The notes beneath the pieces are model-generated. The model did not search any database. It was not told the origin of the DNA and worked only from the letters and a program-made list of their open reading frames with translations. The translations under genes were made by a program, and so were the position numbers. Positions 10,105 to 19,753 of a stretch of 64,000 nt of DNA are shown in pieces; position 1 is the stretch's first letter; each line of letters opens with the position of its first letter. The stretch is from Deltaproteobacteria bacterium (GTDB lineage Bacteria > Desulfobacterota > Syntrophobacteria > Syntrophobacterales > Syntrophobacteraceae), in assembly GCA_021780695.1 (NCBI GenBank), contig JAJXYD010000003.1:18784-82783 (forward strand), in the 5' to 3' direction.

Positions 10105-11796
10105 ATGCTTGGCTTTTTGAAGGACATATTTACTTTCATTTGTCGGGATTGTTCCCATTTTCGCGGCTATCATCCGGTAGCCGATTGTGTCCGGGAAAAT
10201 TCGGCAAACGCTGTTGCGGCGGCAAAAAAAACGCTCTGCTGCATTCTAATGGTTTTTCTAGTGTCGATAACTATGGGTCCTGCCCTTGCGCGGGCCGCCG
10301 ATGATGCCGCGCAACCCGATGTTTCGCAACAATCGGCTGGGACGGCGGCGCAGGCAACGGCCTCAAATTCGCAAACCTTGGCTATAGCCGCGCCAAACGA
10401 AATCCCGGGTTGGCCTGAAAATTCATCCGTATGGGGAACGCCTGAGACGGTCGAAAACTCCAAGACCACCAATACGATTACACCTACGCAAATCCCGGGA
10501 TGTTGTGCGAATTCAGCTCCGCTTCCCAGTTGGGTTCCCCATTTGCTCGGCGCCCAGGCCAACTACGTCTTGCAGGGAGCGCTCCCCTTCCACAGCCCCT
10601 ACTCGGGCCCAAACAGTTTCAGCGATGTTGGCGGCAACAGGGAAGACCTTACCCAGGTCTACGGTGTCTATCTCGGTTCGCAACTGGCCCCCGGCCTTCA
10701 ACTCTATATCGACAGCGAGATGTTTAAGGGCGACGGCTTGAGCAAGGGTACCGGTCTTGCCGGCTATGTCAACGGAGACGTTCTTAGAGCCGGGTCCAAC
10801 GGTTTGCCTAACGACCCCTATATCGCCAGGTTTTATCTGCGCTACTACTATGCGCTTGGGACCGAAACCCACAAAGTGGCCGCGGGTCCCGACCAACTCC
10901 CGGGAGAAGAACCGATCCGCAGATGGGAGATGAAATTCGGCAAACTGGCCGCCGTTGACGATTTCGATCTCAATAGATACGCCAACCAAAATCGGTGGCA
11001 GTTCATGAACTACGATTTTCTCTACAACACCTCCTGGGACTATGCCGCCGATACCCGGGGGTACTCCTACGGTGTTGTGGAGGCTCTCTATGAGCCCTCA
11101 TGGAGAACCGTACTGGGGATCTACCTGGAGCCCAATACGCAAAACGGCGCAAACTTCAATTTCAACAATATGAACGCTCTGGGATATAATTACGAAATCG
11201 ATATAAGCCCCGATAGTTACGGAACGGTGATCCGTCTTCTCAGCTTTTACAATACGGGTAATATGGGCAACTACGATGCCGCCCTGGCCCTGGCCCAGCA
11301 GACCGGCGCCTCCATCCCCAACATTCTCGCCGTGGAAAAGCCGGGAGGCTATGAATACGGCTTCGGGCTCAATTTCGAACAGCCCCTGGCCGACGACGGC
11401 GCAACCGGTATTTTCGGCCGTCTGGGGTGGAACAACGGCAGCGATGAGAATTGGTCCTATACCGAGTGCGACGAGAATGCGGATATCGGCGCCCAGATAT
11501 GCGGCGTCCATTGGGATAGACCCCTTGACCGCGTGGGAGTTGCTTTTGGAGTAGACGGTCTCTCAGGCCCCCATGAACGCTATCTGGCCGCGGGGGGTAT
11601 CGGTATGCTCCTGGGGGACGGAAAACTTAGCTACGGCCTGGAGAAGGCCATGGAAACCTACTATCGCTATCAGGCGGGGCGCTTCGTTCAGGTCAGCCCC
11701 GACTTCCAGTTGATCCAAAATCCGGGCTATAACAAGGCCCGAGGTCCCGTGGAGGTATTCGGCCTGCGTGTGAGGGTCTACTGGCTGCCGTTGTAA
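10105..11796 (+). CDS. outer-membrane porin, carbohydrate-selective (OprB-like) family
   Basis: ATG at 10105 preceded by GGAGGGAG. Signal-like KKTLCCILMVFLVSITMGPALARA. OprB-like block LLGAQANYVLQGALPFHSPYSGPNSF...QVYGVYLGSQL...LYIDSEMFKGDGLS, then alternating beta-strand-like sequence to the C-terminus. The ORF-track start at 9991 is possible but lies inside a structured leader. Confidence 0.65.
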   Translation: MLGFLKDIFTFICRDCSHFRGYHPVADCVRENSANAVAAAKKTLCCILMVFLVSITMGPALARAADDAAQPDVSQQSAGTAAQATASNSQTLAIAAPNEIPGWPENSSVWGTPETVENSKTTNTITPTQIPGCCANSAPLPSWVPHLLGAQANYVLQGALPFHSPYSGPNSFSDVGGNREDLTQVYGVYLGSQLAPGLQLYIDSEMFKGDGLSKGTGLAGYVNGDVLRAGSNGLPNDPYIARFYLRYYYALGTETHKVAAGPDQLPGEEPIRRWEMKFGKLAAVDDFDLNRYANQNRWQFMNYDFLYNTSWDYAADTRGYSYGVVEALYEPSWRTVLGIYLEPNTQNGANFNFNNMNALGYNYEIDISPDSYGTVIRLLSFYNTGNMGNYDAALALAQQTGASIPNILAVEKPGGYEYGFGLNFEQPLADDGATGIFGRLGWNNGSDENWSYTECDENADIGAQICGVHWDRPLDRVGVAFGVDGLSGPHERYLAAGGIGMLLGDGKLSYGLEKAMETYYRYQAGRFVQVSPDFQLIQNPGYNKARGPVEVFGLRVRVYWLPL

Positions 11797-11920
11797 AAGA
11801 AAAATCCCGGAACAATACCGCCCTTTCCAGGGCGGGTAATGATTTTGGCATGGCGCTCCTTGCATGTCCGGCTCTTGACTTTATATTGGGTCGGGTTAAC
11901 ATGGCCCTAAAACTTTTAGA

Positions 11921-11950
11921 AGAGTAACTAAGAGTAACTAAGGGTGAATT
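11921..11950 (+). repeat. 10-bp tandem direct repeat (AGAGTAACTA x2 plus a degenerate third copy AGGGTGAATT)
   Basis: Read directly at 11921..11950. Confidence 0.8.
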
Positions 11951-12321
11951 TGTCCGTTTCAAATCGCAGAAGCGCACCGCTACGCTACCTGAGCCTGTTT
12001 TTGGCGCTCGTCATTTTCGTGCTCGCCTCCAGTGTGGAGTTGATGCACGACGATGACGATTACAAATGGGTTGCTGCCGGGCAAATCCGCTTTAACTGGA
12101 GCGTCCCCAAGCCTCCGGAACCACGCCATGTCTGTCTGGCCTGTCTGATGATACAGGCCTTTCAGACAGCCCGCATCGTCTGGTTCTTTCTCCTCTTTAT
12201 CGTTATGGCGGTTTCCCTCTGCCGCGGCTCCCGTGAGCCTGAGTTCCACTCCTCCTTTCTCTTTGGGGGCTGCCGGATTCGGGCGCCTCCTTTTCCCTCC
12301 TCGGATTTTTCCGGCCTCTAA
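11944..12321 (+). CDS. hypothetical small membrane protein (two predicted TM segments) upstream of the RND operon
   Basis: GTG start with a poor RBS. Hydrophobic segments LSLFLALVIFVLASSV and IVWFFLLFIVMAVSL. Contains HDDDD and CLAC motifs. It is the only plausible ORF in an 820-bp gap. Confidence 0.3.
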   Translation: MNLSVSNRRSAPLRYLSLFLALVIFVLASSVELMHDDDDYKWVAAGQIRFNWSVPKPPEPRHVCLACLMIQAFQTARIVWFFLLFIVMAVSLCRGSREPEFHSSFLFGGCRIRAPPFPSSDFSGL

Positions 12322-12618
12322 AAACTATCTGCATCCGTTGCCGTAATTTGGAGCCCTATCGCTCCGGGAGTCGATGTGCTCCAGGATGGCGCATAGGCTT
12401 GTCTTCGGTCCAGGCAAGGGAGTGTGCAAAGAATTGGCCCTGCACGCGATAACTTTTCGCCGCCTGAATGTTTTTGATGTTTTAAGGGTGGCTAAAAGGG
12501 TTTTGTTTGCCGGATAACGGGCGCAATAAAGCGGGGAGATTTCCATCCTGCCGGCGTGACAAAACCGCCTTTTCCCCCGGGGGTGCGCCCTTGGCCCCGG
12601 TTGCTTAGGAGTCATTTT

Positions 12619-13788
12619 ATGTCTGAATCCAATCACGATCCAAAGAGGAATCGTCTCGCCCTGCTTTGCGGGGCGATAGTGATATCTGCCGCAGGCCTGT
12701 GGTTTGGAACCCATACGTCGAGTCTGTGCATGGAAAACGCCGTTGCAAAGATGACGGATCCCGTCCCCGGTTTTACCCGGCAGGGCGACGAAATCATTAT
12801 CCCGCCCGGCTCTGCGTACCGCTCTCGCCTAAAGGTAGCCCCGGTCGCCCTTGAAAACATTCCTCGCGTGTTGGAACTGCCAGCCGTCGTGGAGGCCGAA
12901 CCGGAGCGTACGGTCAATATCCTTCCGCCGGTTTCCGGCAAAGTGGTAAAGCTTGACGTTCAGTTGGGCCAGGTCGTGAAAAAAGGTCAACCGCTTCTGG
13001 TGCTAGACTCAGGAGACCTGGCCCAGGCTTATGCCGACGACGAAAAGGCCCGGGCGTCCTTGAAACAGGCAAAATTCGCTCTCGATCGCGCCGAGGGAGT
13101 CTACAAGGTTGGCGGTGGTCCCGAAAAGGATGTGGAAGGAGCGCAAAACGATTTTTTGCAGGCGCAGGCCGAGTTCAACCGGGCCGAATCCCGCCTCAAG
13201 GAAATCGGAGTCTGCCCCGGAGTTCGGTGCAAGACCCGTCTTTTGACCATGACTTCGCCCATTACCGGCATCGTAACGGCCCTTACAACGGCTTCGGGAG
13301 ATTTTGCAAACGATGTTACAGCTACCCTCATGACGATTTCCAACCTCGATGAGGTTTGGGTTACCGCCATGGCCCCTGAAAACGACATTGCCTTCGTTTC
13401 CAGAGGACAGGGGGTCCGAGTCTCCTTTGACGCCTATCCCGGCAGAATCTTTCACGGCAGGGTATCGTTTGTCAGCGCGGTCCTCGACCCTGCGACCCGT
13501 CGCACCAGCGTCCGGATTTGCTTTGCCAATCCAAAGGGCGAACTAAAACCCAATATGTTTGCAACCGTCAGTATCCGCGTACCTCAGAGTTGCGCGGTCT
13601 TTGCACCCGACTCCGCCCTTCTTATGAACAATGACAGCACTACCGTTCTCGTTGAAACCAAGCCGTGGGTCTTTGTCAGGCGAACCGTTACGCCCGGCTA
13701 TGACGAGGGGAACCGGACGCGCATTGATCACGGATTGAGTCCGGGGGACCGCATCGTTGTGAAGGGAGGCGTGCTGCTAAATGATTAA
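12619..13788 (+). CDS. efflux RND transporter periplasmic adaptor (membrane fusion) subunit
   Basis: ATG at 12619 preceded by TAGGAG. Membrane anchor LALLCGAIVISAAGLWF. Has a lipoyl/beta-barrel style MFP sequence and a coiled-coil hairpin (DLAQAYADDEKARASLKQAKFALDRAE). Its stop overlaps the RND pump start. Confidence 0.88.
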   Translation: MSESNHDPKRNRLALLCGAIVISAAGLWFGTHTSSLCMENAVAKMTDPVPGFTRQGDEIIIPPGSAYRSRLKVAPVALENIPRVLELPAVVEAEPERTVNILPPVSGKVVKLDVQLGQVVKKGQPLLVLDSGDLAQAYADDEKARASLKQAKFALDRAEGVYKVGGGPEKDVEGAQNDFLQAQAEFNRAESRLKEIGVCPGVRCKTRLLTMTSPITGIVTALTTASGDFANDVTATLMTISNLDEVWVTAMAPENDIAFVSRGQGVRVSFDAYPGRIFHGRVSFVSAVLDPATRRTSVRICFANPKGELKPNMFATVSIRVPQSCAVFAPDSALLMNNDSTTVLVETKPWVFVRRTVTPGYDEGNRTRIDHGLSPGDRIVVKGGVLLND

Positions 13789-16700
13789 ACGCCTTATCGA
13801 GATCTGCCTGCGTAGGCGGCAGGTGGTAATAATAGTTGCGATCCTGGTAGTCGTTTTCGGTTACTACTCGTGGAAAAATTTGACCGTGGAGGCCTATCCG
13901 GACGTCGGAGACGTACAGTGCCAGGTAATCACCCAGGCGCCCGGACTTGCTTCCGAGGAGGTCGAACAGGAGATCACCGTTCCCCTGGAACGCGCGCTGG
14001 CAAGCGTTCCCGGCGTAACCGACATGAAGTCCAGCAGCACCTTCGGACTGTCGCTTATCACCCTTACCTTCCGGGAAGGAGCCGAAGACTACTGGGAGCG
14101 CCAGCGCGTTCAGAACATCATCGGCCAGGTTAACCTGCCGCCCGGTATCCAGCCCGGCATGGACTCGGTTACGGGTCCTTCGGGAGAAATCTACCGCTAC
14201 ACGCTCGAATCGGACACCAAAAACCTGATGCAGCTCTCGGAAATCGAGAAATGGATTGTCATTCCGGCTCTCCAGCAGGTTCCCGGGGTGGCCGAGGTCG
14301 ACAACTTCGGCGGCTACACCATGCAATACCAGTTGCAGGTAAGCCCTGTGCAACTGGAGCGCTACGGCATCGGTTTAAACGATGTTGTAACCGCCATCGA
14401 CAACAACAGTTCCAACGCAGGGGGCAGCCGCATCACCCGGGGTGAGGAAGGCTATGTGATTCGGGGCATCGGCATGGTGCGAACCCTGGGCGACCTTGGC
14501 AATATCGTTGTGACCCAGCACAACGGAGTGCCGATCCTGGTGCGCGATCTGGGCAAGCTCACCTACAGCCACCAGGAACGGGAGGGGATCCTGGGCAAGG
14601 ATAACAACCCCGATACCATCGAGGGTATCGTGTGCATGCTCAAATACCAGAATCCTTCGCTGGTTCTGCACTCCGTTCATGCCAGGGTCGCGCAACTGCG
14701 AAAAAAACTCACTCCCATGGGTGTGTCCGTTGTTCCCTACATCGACAGGGACCAACTGGTCAAGATGACCGTGCACAAGGTTATGGACATCGTGACGGGG
14801 GGGATCGCGCTTGTTTTTATCGTGCTCATGCTCTTTATCGGAAATCCGAGAATAGCGCTGACCGCCGGAGTAACGATACCGTTTGGCCTGGTTACGGTTT
14901 TTATCGTAATGTATCTTACAGGCATGTCGGCTAACCTGTTTTCGCTTGGCGCAATCGACTTCGGCGTGATCGTAGACGGAGCGATTGTTGTAACCGAGGC
15001 GTGCCTGCGAATGCGCGAGGCCAACCCTGCCCGCGCCCTGACAGAAGACGACATTCTCACCACAACCATCCAGGTGGCAAGGCCTATTTTTTTTGCCACC
15101 CTCATCATCATCACCGCCTATCTGCCGCTTTTTTCCTTCCAGCATGCCGAGGCAAAGCTTTTCCTGCCCATGGCTTACGCCGTGGGCCTGGCGATTTTGG
15201 GCGCCCTTGTTTGCACCTTTACCCTGATACCCGGCCTCACCTTCATGGCGATTCGAAAGCCCGGCCGTGTTTTTCACAACCCGGCCTTCGGAAGACTTGA
15301 AACGGGTTTTACCAGGTACCTTAACCGTATGCTCGACTTTCCAAAACTCGCCTGGATAATCGGCGCCGCGGCCCTGGCGGCCGTGGTGCTCCTTGGCGTG
15401 ACGACGGGCCGTGAATTTTTACCCGTCTTGGACGAGGGCGCTCTTTGGCTTCAGGTGCAGTTGCCTCCGGGCATATCCCTGGAGACCGCAAGCGCCATGG
15501 CCGGCCAATTGCGCCACGCTTTGCTCCAATATCCGGAAGTCTCTTATGCCATTACGCAACTGGGCCGAAACGACGACGGCACCGATCCGTGGACGCCCTC
15601 GCACATCGAGGCGCCGGTGGGGCTCAAGCCCTACAGCCAGTGGCCTCCGGGCATGACCAGGGCCAAGTTTACCCAACTGCTCGACTCTCGTCTTAACCGA
15701 ATGCCCGGGTTTACGGTCGGGATCAGCCAGCCGATTCAGGACAATGTCGACGATGCGGTGGGAGGGGCGCACAGTCCCCTTGTCATAAGCATCTACGGAA
15801 AGGACTTTAAAAAGATGCGCCGCATTGGAGGGCAAATCGTCAAGGTGCTCGACACCATTCGCGGCACATCCAGCGCTTCGATTTTCGAAGAGCCCCCCAT
15901 TCCTCAGATCGCCATAGACATTGATCGGGCCGCGGCCGCCCGGTACGGCATAAACGTATCGGACATCACCAACCTCATCCAGACAGGCGTTGGCGGCGCG
16001 CCCATTTGCAATATCTATGTGGGCGACCGCACCTATGGCGTCACGGTGCGTTTTCCCAAGGATTGCCGCAACAGTCCGCAGGCCCTTGGCCGTCTTTTGC
16101 TAACGACGCCGGGGGGCGCCCAGATTCCCCTTTCGCAGGTAGCGCGCATAAAGCTTCAGACCGGCGAGAGCACGATCTCCCATGATATGGGGCAGAGGGA
16201 ACTCCTGGTCGCGGTCGACAGCAGTCGCGCCCTGTCCGATTACCTGGTGGAAGCCCAGCGCAAAATCGAGCGCGATGTGCGCTATGACCACAACAAGTAT
16301 CGCCTGGAATGGGGAGGCGACTTCAAAAACGAGGAACGTGCCCAGAGGCGGCTCACTTATATCTTGGGTATAGTCCTTGCGCTGATGCTGCTATTTCTTT
16401 TCGCCGAGTTTGGAAAGATCCGCCAGGCCATGCTGGTTCTTGGAGCCGTGCCGCTTGCGACCCTGGGCGGCCTTATAGCCCTGCACATACGAGGCGAGAC
16501 GCTTAATGTGGCGAGCGCGGTCGGTTTCATAGCCCTTTTCGGCGTCGCTGTGCAAAACGGCATCATAATGATCTCCAATATCAAGCGAAGGAGCGGGCAG
16601 GGACTGAGTCTTCGCGAGGCTGTGACCGCGGGCGCGGGCGAGCGTTTCCGGCCCGTTTTGATGACCGCTTCGGTGGCCACCGTGGGCATGCTGCCGGCGG

Positions 16701-16888
16701 CCATGGCCACGGGCGTAGGCACCGATGTTCAGCGAAACCTCGCCACGGTCGTTGTGGGGGGGCTTCTGGTCGCTACCCTGCTTACCCTTTTCATTCTCCC
16801 GGTGTGCTACTTTTCCATGGAGCGTTGGGTCGCGGCGCGTTCGAGCGATAAAAACACCGGAGAGCAAGGAGATGCGTCAAAATGCTGA
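13781..16888 (+). CDS. CusA/CzcA-family RND efflux pump, inner-membrane permease
   Basis: 1035 aa. N-terminus MIKRLIEICLRRRQVVIIVAILVVVFGYYSWKNLTVEAYPDV...VITQAPGLASEEVEQEITVPLE and AIDFGVIVDGAIVV are typical of the CzcA/CusA branch. Confidence 0.92.
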   Translation: MIKRLIEICLRRRQVVIIVAILVVVFGYYSWKNLTVEAYPDVGDVQCQVITQAPGLASEEVEQEITVPLERALASVPGVTDMKSSSTFGLSLITLTFREGAEDYWERQRVQNIIGQVNLPPGIQPGMDSVTGPSGEIYRYTLESDTKNLMQLSEIEKWIVIPALQQVPGVAEVDNFGGYTMQYQLQVSPVQLERYGIGLNDVVTAIDNNSSNAGGSRITRGEEGYVIRGIGMVRTLGDLGNIVVTQHNGVPILVRDLGKLTYSHQEREGILGKDNNPDTIEGIVCMLKYQNPSLVLHSVHARVAQLRKKLTPMGVSVVPYIDRDQLVKMTVHKVMDIVTGGIALVFIVLMLFIGNPRIALTAGVTIPFGLVTVFIVMYLTGMSANLFSLGAIDFGVIVDGAIVVTEACLRMREANPARALTEDDILTTTIQVARPIFFATLIIITAYLPLFSFQHAEAKLFLPMAYAVGLAILGALVCTFTLIPGLTFMAIRKPGRVFHNPAFGRLETGFTRYLNRMLDFPKLAWIIGAAALAAVVLLGVTTGREFLPVLDEGALWLQVQLPPGISLETASAMAGQLRHALLQYPEVSYAITQLGRNDDGTDPWTPSHIEAPVGLKPYSQWPPGMTRAKFTQLLDSRLNRMPGFTVGISQPIQDNVDDAVGGAHSPLVISIYGKDFKKMRRIGGQIVKVLDTIRGTSSASIFEEPPIPQIAIDIDRAAAARYGINVSDITNLIQTGVGGAPICNIYVGDRTYGVTVRFPKDCRNSPQALGRLLLTTPGGAQIPLSQVARIKLQTGESTISHDMGQRELLVAVDSSRALSDYLVEAQRKIERDVRYDHNKYRLEWGGDFKNEERAQRRLTYILGIVLALMLLFLFAEFGKIRQAMLVLGAVPLATLGGLIALHIRGETLNVASAVGFIALFGVAVQNGIIMISNIKRRSGQGLSLREAVTAGAGERFRPVLMTASVATVGMLPAAMATGVGTDVQRNLATVVVGGLLVATLLTLFILPVCYFSMERWVAARSSDKNTGEQGDASKC

Positions 16889-18405
16889 GGCCGCCCCTGT
16901 TTGCATATCTCAAGGCGGCCCTTAAGCCGCAAATTCCGCGTTATGCGGGTGTCATGGCGCTGGCGCTCTTTACGGCCGGCTGCGCCGTTGGCCCCAACTT
17001 TAAAACCCCCGCGGCGCCGCAAAACACCGGCTACACCCATCAGCCATTGCCGGTGAAAACAGCTTCGGCCAATGTCCATGGGGGCCATGCGCAAACCTTC
17101 ATAAAAAAGCTGGATATCCCCGCTCAGTGGTGGACGCTTTTTGGCTCCAAGGCGCTAAACGATCTGATAGCCGAGGCGATCAAAAACAACCCGGACCTTG
17201 ACAGCGCCAGGGGAGCTCTGCGGGAAGCCTGGGAAAATGTCTACGCGCAGCAAGGGGCCTTTTTCCCAAGTATCGGTGTGGGCTATAGCGCGACGCGCCA
17301 GGAGGTCCCGGGACAACTGGGCGTTCCAACGGCTTCCGGCGCATACACTTATAGTCTCCACACGGCCCAGGTCACCGTGGGCTATGCGCCCGACGTATTC
17401 GGAGGCACGCGGCGTCAGGTCGAATCCCTGGTGGCCCAGGCCGATTCGCAGCGCTTCGAACTTGAGGCGGCTTATTTGACCCTGACCTCAAACGTAGTGG
17501 CCTCGGCCATTCAAGAGGCGGGGCTGCGGGCACAGATCGCCGAGACTGACAAGATAATAGCCATTGAAACCCATTCTCTTACCTTGTTGCAGCGTCAATT
17601 TGGCCTGGGCCAGGTCGCCATGGCCGATGTCGTGGCGCAGGAGGCCGCCCTGGCAAATGCGAAGTCCTCGCTTCCTCCCCTCGAAAAACAATTGCAACTC
17701 CAACGCGATCTCCTGGCGCGCCTTGCCGGACGTTTGCCCGCTCAGGGGCTCCCCGGCGTGTTCGAGCTCTCCTCGTTGAAGCTTCCCCGGAAGTTGCCCT
17801 TGAGCCTGCCCTCAAGCCTCGTGGAGCAGCGTCCCGACGTGCGCGCCGCCCAAGCCCAGATGCACGCGGCCTGCGCGCAGGTCGGAGTCGCCATAGCTAA
17901 TCGGCTCCCCGATATTACCCTTAGCGCCTCCCTTGGAAGCGGCGCCATGGAAATTGCCCAGTTGTTCAGTCCGGGGACCGGTTTCTGGGCCCTGGCCGCC
18001 GGCGTCACCCAGCCCATATTTGAGGGGGGCGAACTGCTGCACAAACAGCGTGCGGCCCGGGCCGCATTCCAACAGGCCGCCGCACAATACCGCAGTACTG
18101 TGCTTACGGCTTTTCAAAATGTTGCCGATGTGCTCCACGCCATACAAAACGATGCCGTGGCCCTTAAAGCCGCCGTCGAGGCCGAGCGTGCCGCATCCCG
18201 GAGCCTGGTTATCGCCCGGCGTCAGTTGGAGCTTGGAGACATTGGCTATCTGTCCTTGTTAAACGCCGAACAAACCTATCAGCAGGCCGCGATCAACCTG
18301 GCCCAGGCTCTTTCCAACCGCTATGCCGATACGGCCGCTCTTTTCCAGGCCCTGGGCGGCGGCTGGTGGAACCGGGCCTCCAGGTCCGTCCACTCGAAAG
18401 CTTAA
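16882..18405 (+). CDS. efflux transporter outer-membrane factor lipoprotein (NodT family)
   Basis: Lipobox LFTAGC. Two OEP repeats. 7-nt overlap with the pump gene. Confidence 0.9.
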   Translation: MLRPPLFAYLKAALKPQIPRYAGVMALALFTAGCAVGPNFKTPAAPQNTGYTHQPLPVKTASANVHGGHAQTFIKKLDIPAQWWTLFGSKALNDLIAEAIKNNPDLDSARGALREAWENVYAQQGAFFPSIGVGYSATRQEVPGQLGVPTASGAYTYSLHTAQVTVGYAPDVFGGTRRQVESLVAQADSQRFELEAAYLTLTSNVVASAIQEAGLRAQIAETDKIIAIETHSLTLLQRQFGLGQVAMADVVAQEAALANAKSSLPPLEKQLQLQRDLLARLAGRLPAQGLPGVFELSSLKLPRKLPLSLPSSLVEQRPDVRAAQAQMHAACAQVGVAIANRLPDITLSASLGSGAMEIAQLFSPGTGFWALAAGVTQPIFEGGELLHKQRAARAAFQQAAAQYRSTVLTAFQNVADVLHAIQNDAVALKAAVEAERAASRSLVIARRQLELGDIGYLSLLNAEQTYQQAAINLAQALSNRYADTAALFQALGGGWWNRASRSVHSKA

Positions 18406-18483
18406 GAACCGATCATGGGTAAAGGTGCCTATGGATCACAGAGAAGACCGCGAGGATTTTTCCCCCTTGAGCAAAGCCTGTGC

Positions 18484-18512
18484 TTGACTAGCAGCCCTCA
18501 CAGTGCTACTTT
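18484..18512 (+). promoter_or_regulatory. sigma70-type promoter for the tRNA (TTGACT-17 nt-TACTTT)
   Basis: TTGACT at 18484..18489, a 17-nt spacer, and TACTTT at 18507..18512. The tRNA 5' end is at 18523. Confidence 0.5.
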
Positions 18513-18522
18513 GGCTTTTTAT

Positions 18523-18597
18523 CGGGACGTGGCGCAGCCTGGTTAGCGCGCTTGCTTGGGGTGCAAGAGGCCGGCCGTTCAAATCGGCTCGTCCCGA
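18523..18597 (+). tRNA. tRNA-Pro (anticodon GGG)
   Basis: Hand-folded cloverleaf: acceptor CGGGACG/CGTCCCG; D stem GCGC/GCGC with AGCCTGGTTA loop; anticodon stem CTTGC/GCAAG with loop TTGGGGT; T arm GGCCG-TTCAAAT-CGGCT; discriminator A. No encoded CCA. Confidence 0.9.
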
Positions 18598-18619
18598 TTC
18601 GGTTTCGCTCATCGAAAAC

Positions 18620-18660
18620 GAGGGGGTGCTCATCCTGTGGGATGGCCCCCTCCTTTTTTT
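18620..18660 (+). terminator. rho-independent terminator after tRNA-Pro
   Basis: GAGGGGG...CATCC-TGTG-GGATG...CCCCCTC, followed by a T7 run at 18654..18660. Confidence 0.7.
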
Positions 18661-18687
18661 CCCATGGGCTCAGAGGTGAAGTGCTGC

Positions 18688-18978
18688 ATGAAGAGTATCT
18701 ATCTGGGACTTATGGCTGGTGTGCTCACCACCGGTTCGGCTTTCCCCCAATTGGTCAAGTCCTACAGAACAAAGTCGACAAAAGATTTATCCCTTGGTTA
18801 TTTAACCATAATCCTTGCGGGCGTCACATTGTGGATCGCCTATGGTTTTGCCATATCCGACCTTCCCGTTATAGTCGCAAACGCTGTTTCCTTTCTGCCC
18901 TTGAGCTGCACCTTGTTCCTGAAGCTGAAATGGGATGTTTTTAAACGTGGGCCCGGCTCCGGTATTAAGGGCGTCTAA
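18688..18978 (+). CDS. SemiSWEET / PQ-loop family transporter
   Basis: 96 aa with three TM segments. PQ motif in GSAFPQLVKSYRTKSTKDLSLGYL. Internal ATG at 18688 preceded by AGAGGTG. Confidence 0.75.
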   Translation: MKSIYLGLMAGVLTTGSAFPQLVKSYRTKSTKDLSLGYLTIILAGVTLWIAYGFAISDLPVIVANAVSFLPLSCTLFLKLKWDVFKRGPGSGIKGV

Positions 18979-19753
18979 ACGGCCTCATCACTTCCGCCCA
19001 TAAAGGTTTCCTCTTCCGGTTTCACTCCTGACCGGCCCTTAGCGCCTCTGTGTCCCGGCCCAATGCAACTTCGCCTCCCCTTGCTCCTGCGAGCTGCGCG
19101 ATTTAATTTAAAGTAGATCAAAATCTCAGCCGATCTAAATTACTGAAAAGACTTAGCGGTTAAATTCGGGCCTTGTTCAGCCTCTCTTTTGCCACGGAGG
19201 ACCTTGAGGCATGGGTGCGGGCAAAGACTTCTAATCAGAGGCGGCTCAAGCGGCAAATAATCTCCTTGTGCGCCGCTCGCCCGGCATAACAGATAAAATA
19301 ATTCTCACCGAGAGGGGTAGCGAGCGAGCTTTAAAAGGTGAAAAAACGCGCTCTATAAACAGCGAGGCCGCCGTCCGGTTTGGGCTGCAGGGGAAATCAA
19401 AAACAAAATTGCCTTCATTCGGACATCGAGCGGACACACTGCTAAAGATATAGAAAATATCGCATCCGAAAACAGTCGGTCCGGGTGTAAATGATATTAA
19501 GGAAAACATCTTTTGAACGGCTGCTGTTTCCCGTTCCATTGCGGGGGACATTGCCTCCGTAGGCCCGGCAATCGCGGCGATCAGGTCCGGGAAGTGGCAG
19601 AACCGGTCAAACGCCCCCGATCCGAAAATCTGCTGCTTCTTGCGCGTTGATTTTCTTGATAACGGTGGGCGAAGCTTTTTGTGCCAAACGAGTTAATCGA
19701 AGAGAGCGGCCAACGATTATTGGAAAACCAACCGCGTGCTGACGAGGATTGCG

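Noticed and set aside
11921-11950. A CRISPR-like or other repeat array.
   Set aside because: There are only about 2.6 copies of a 10-bp unit with no spacers. No other periodic repeats were seen anywhere in the window, so no CRISPR array is present.
19581-19606. The motif TCAGGTCCGGGAAGTGGCAGAACCGG resembles the SRP (4.5S) RNA helix-8 core CAGGUCCGGAAGGAAGCAGCC.
   Set aside because: The GNRA tetraloop cannot be closed by the expected C-G pairs, the conserved AGCA is GGCA, and I could not find the long 5'/3' closing helix. This is probably coincidental.
18523-19753. A genomic island or integrated element at tRNA-Pro.
   Set aside because: There is no integrase, no phage or plasmid genes, and I could find no direct repeat of the tRNA 3' end downstream. 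Only the long non-coding gap remains as an oddity.
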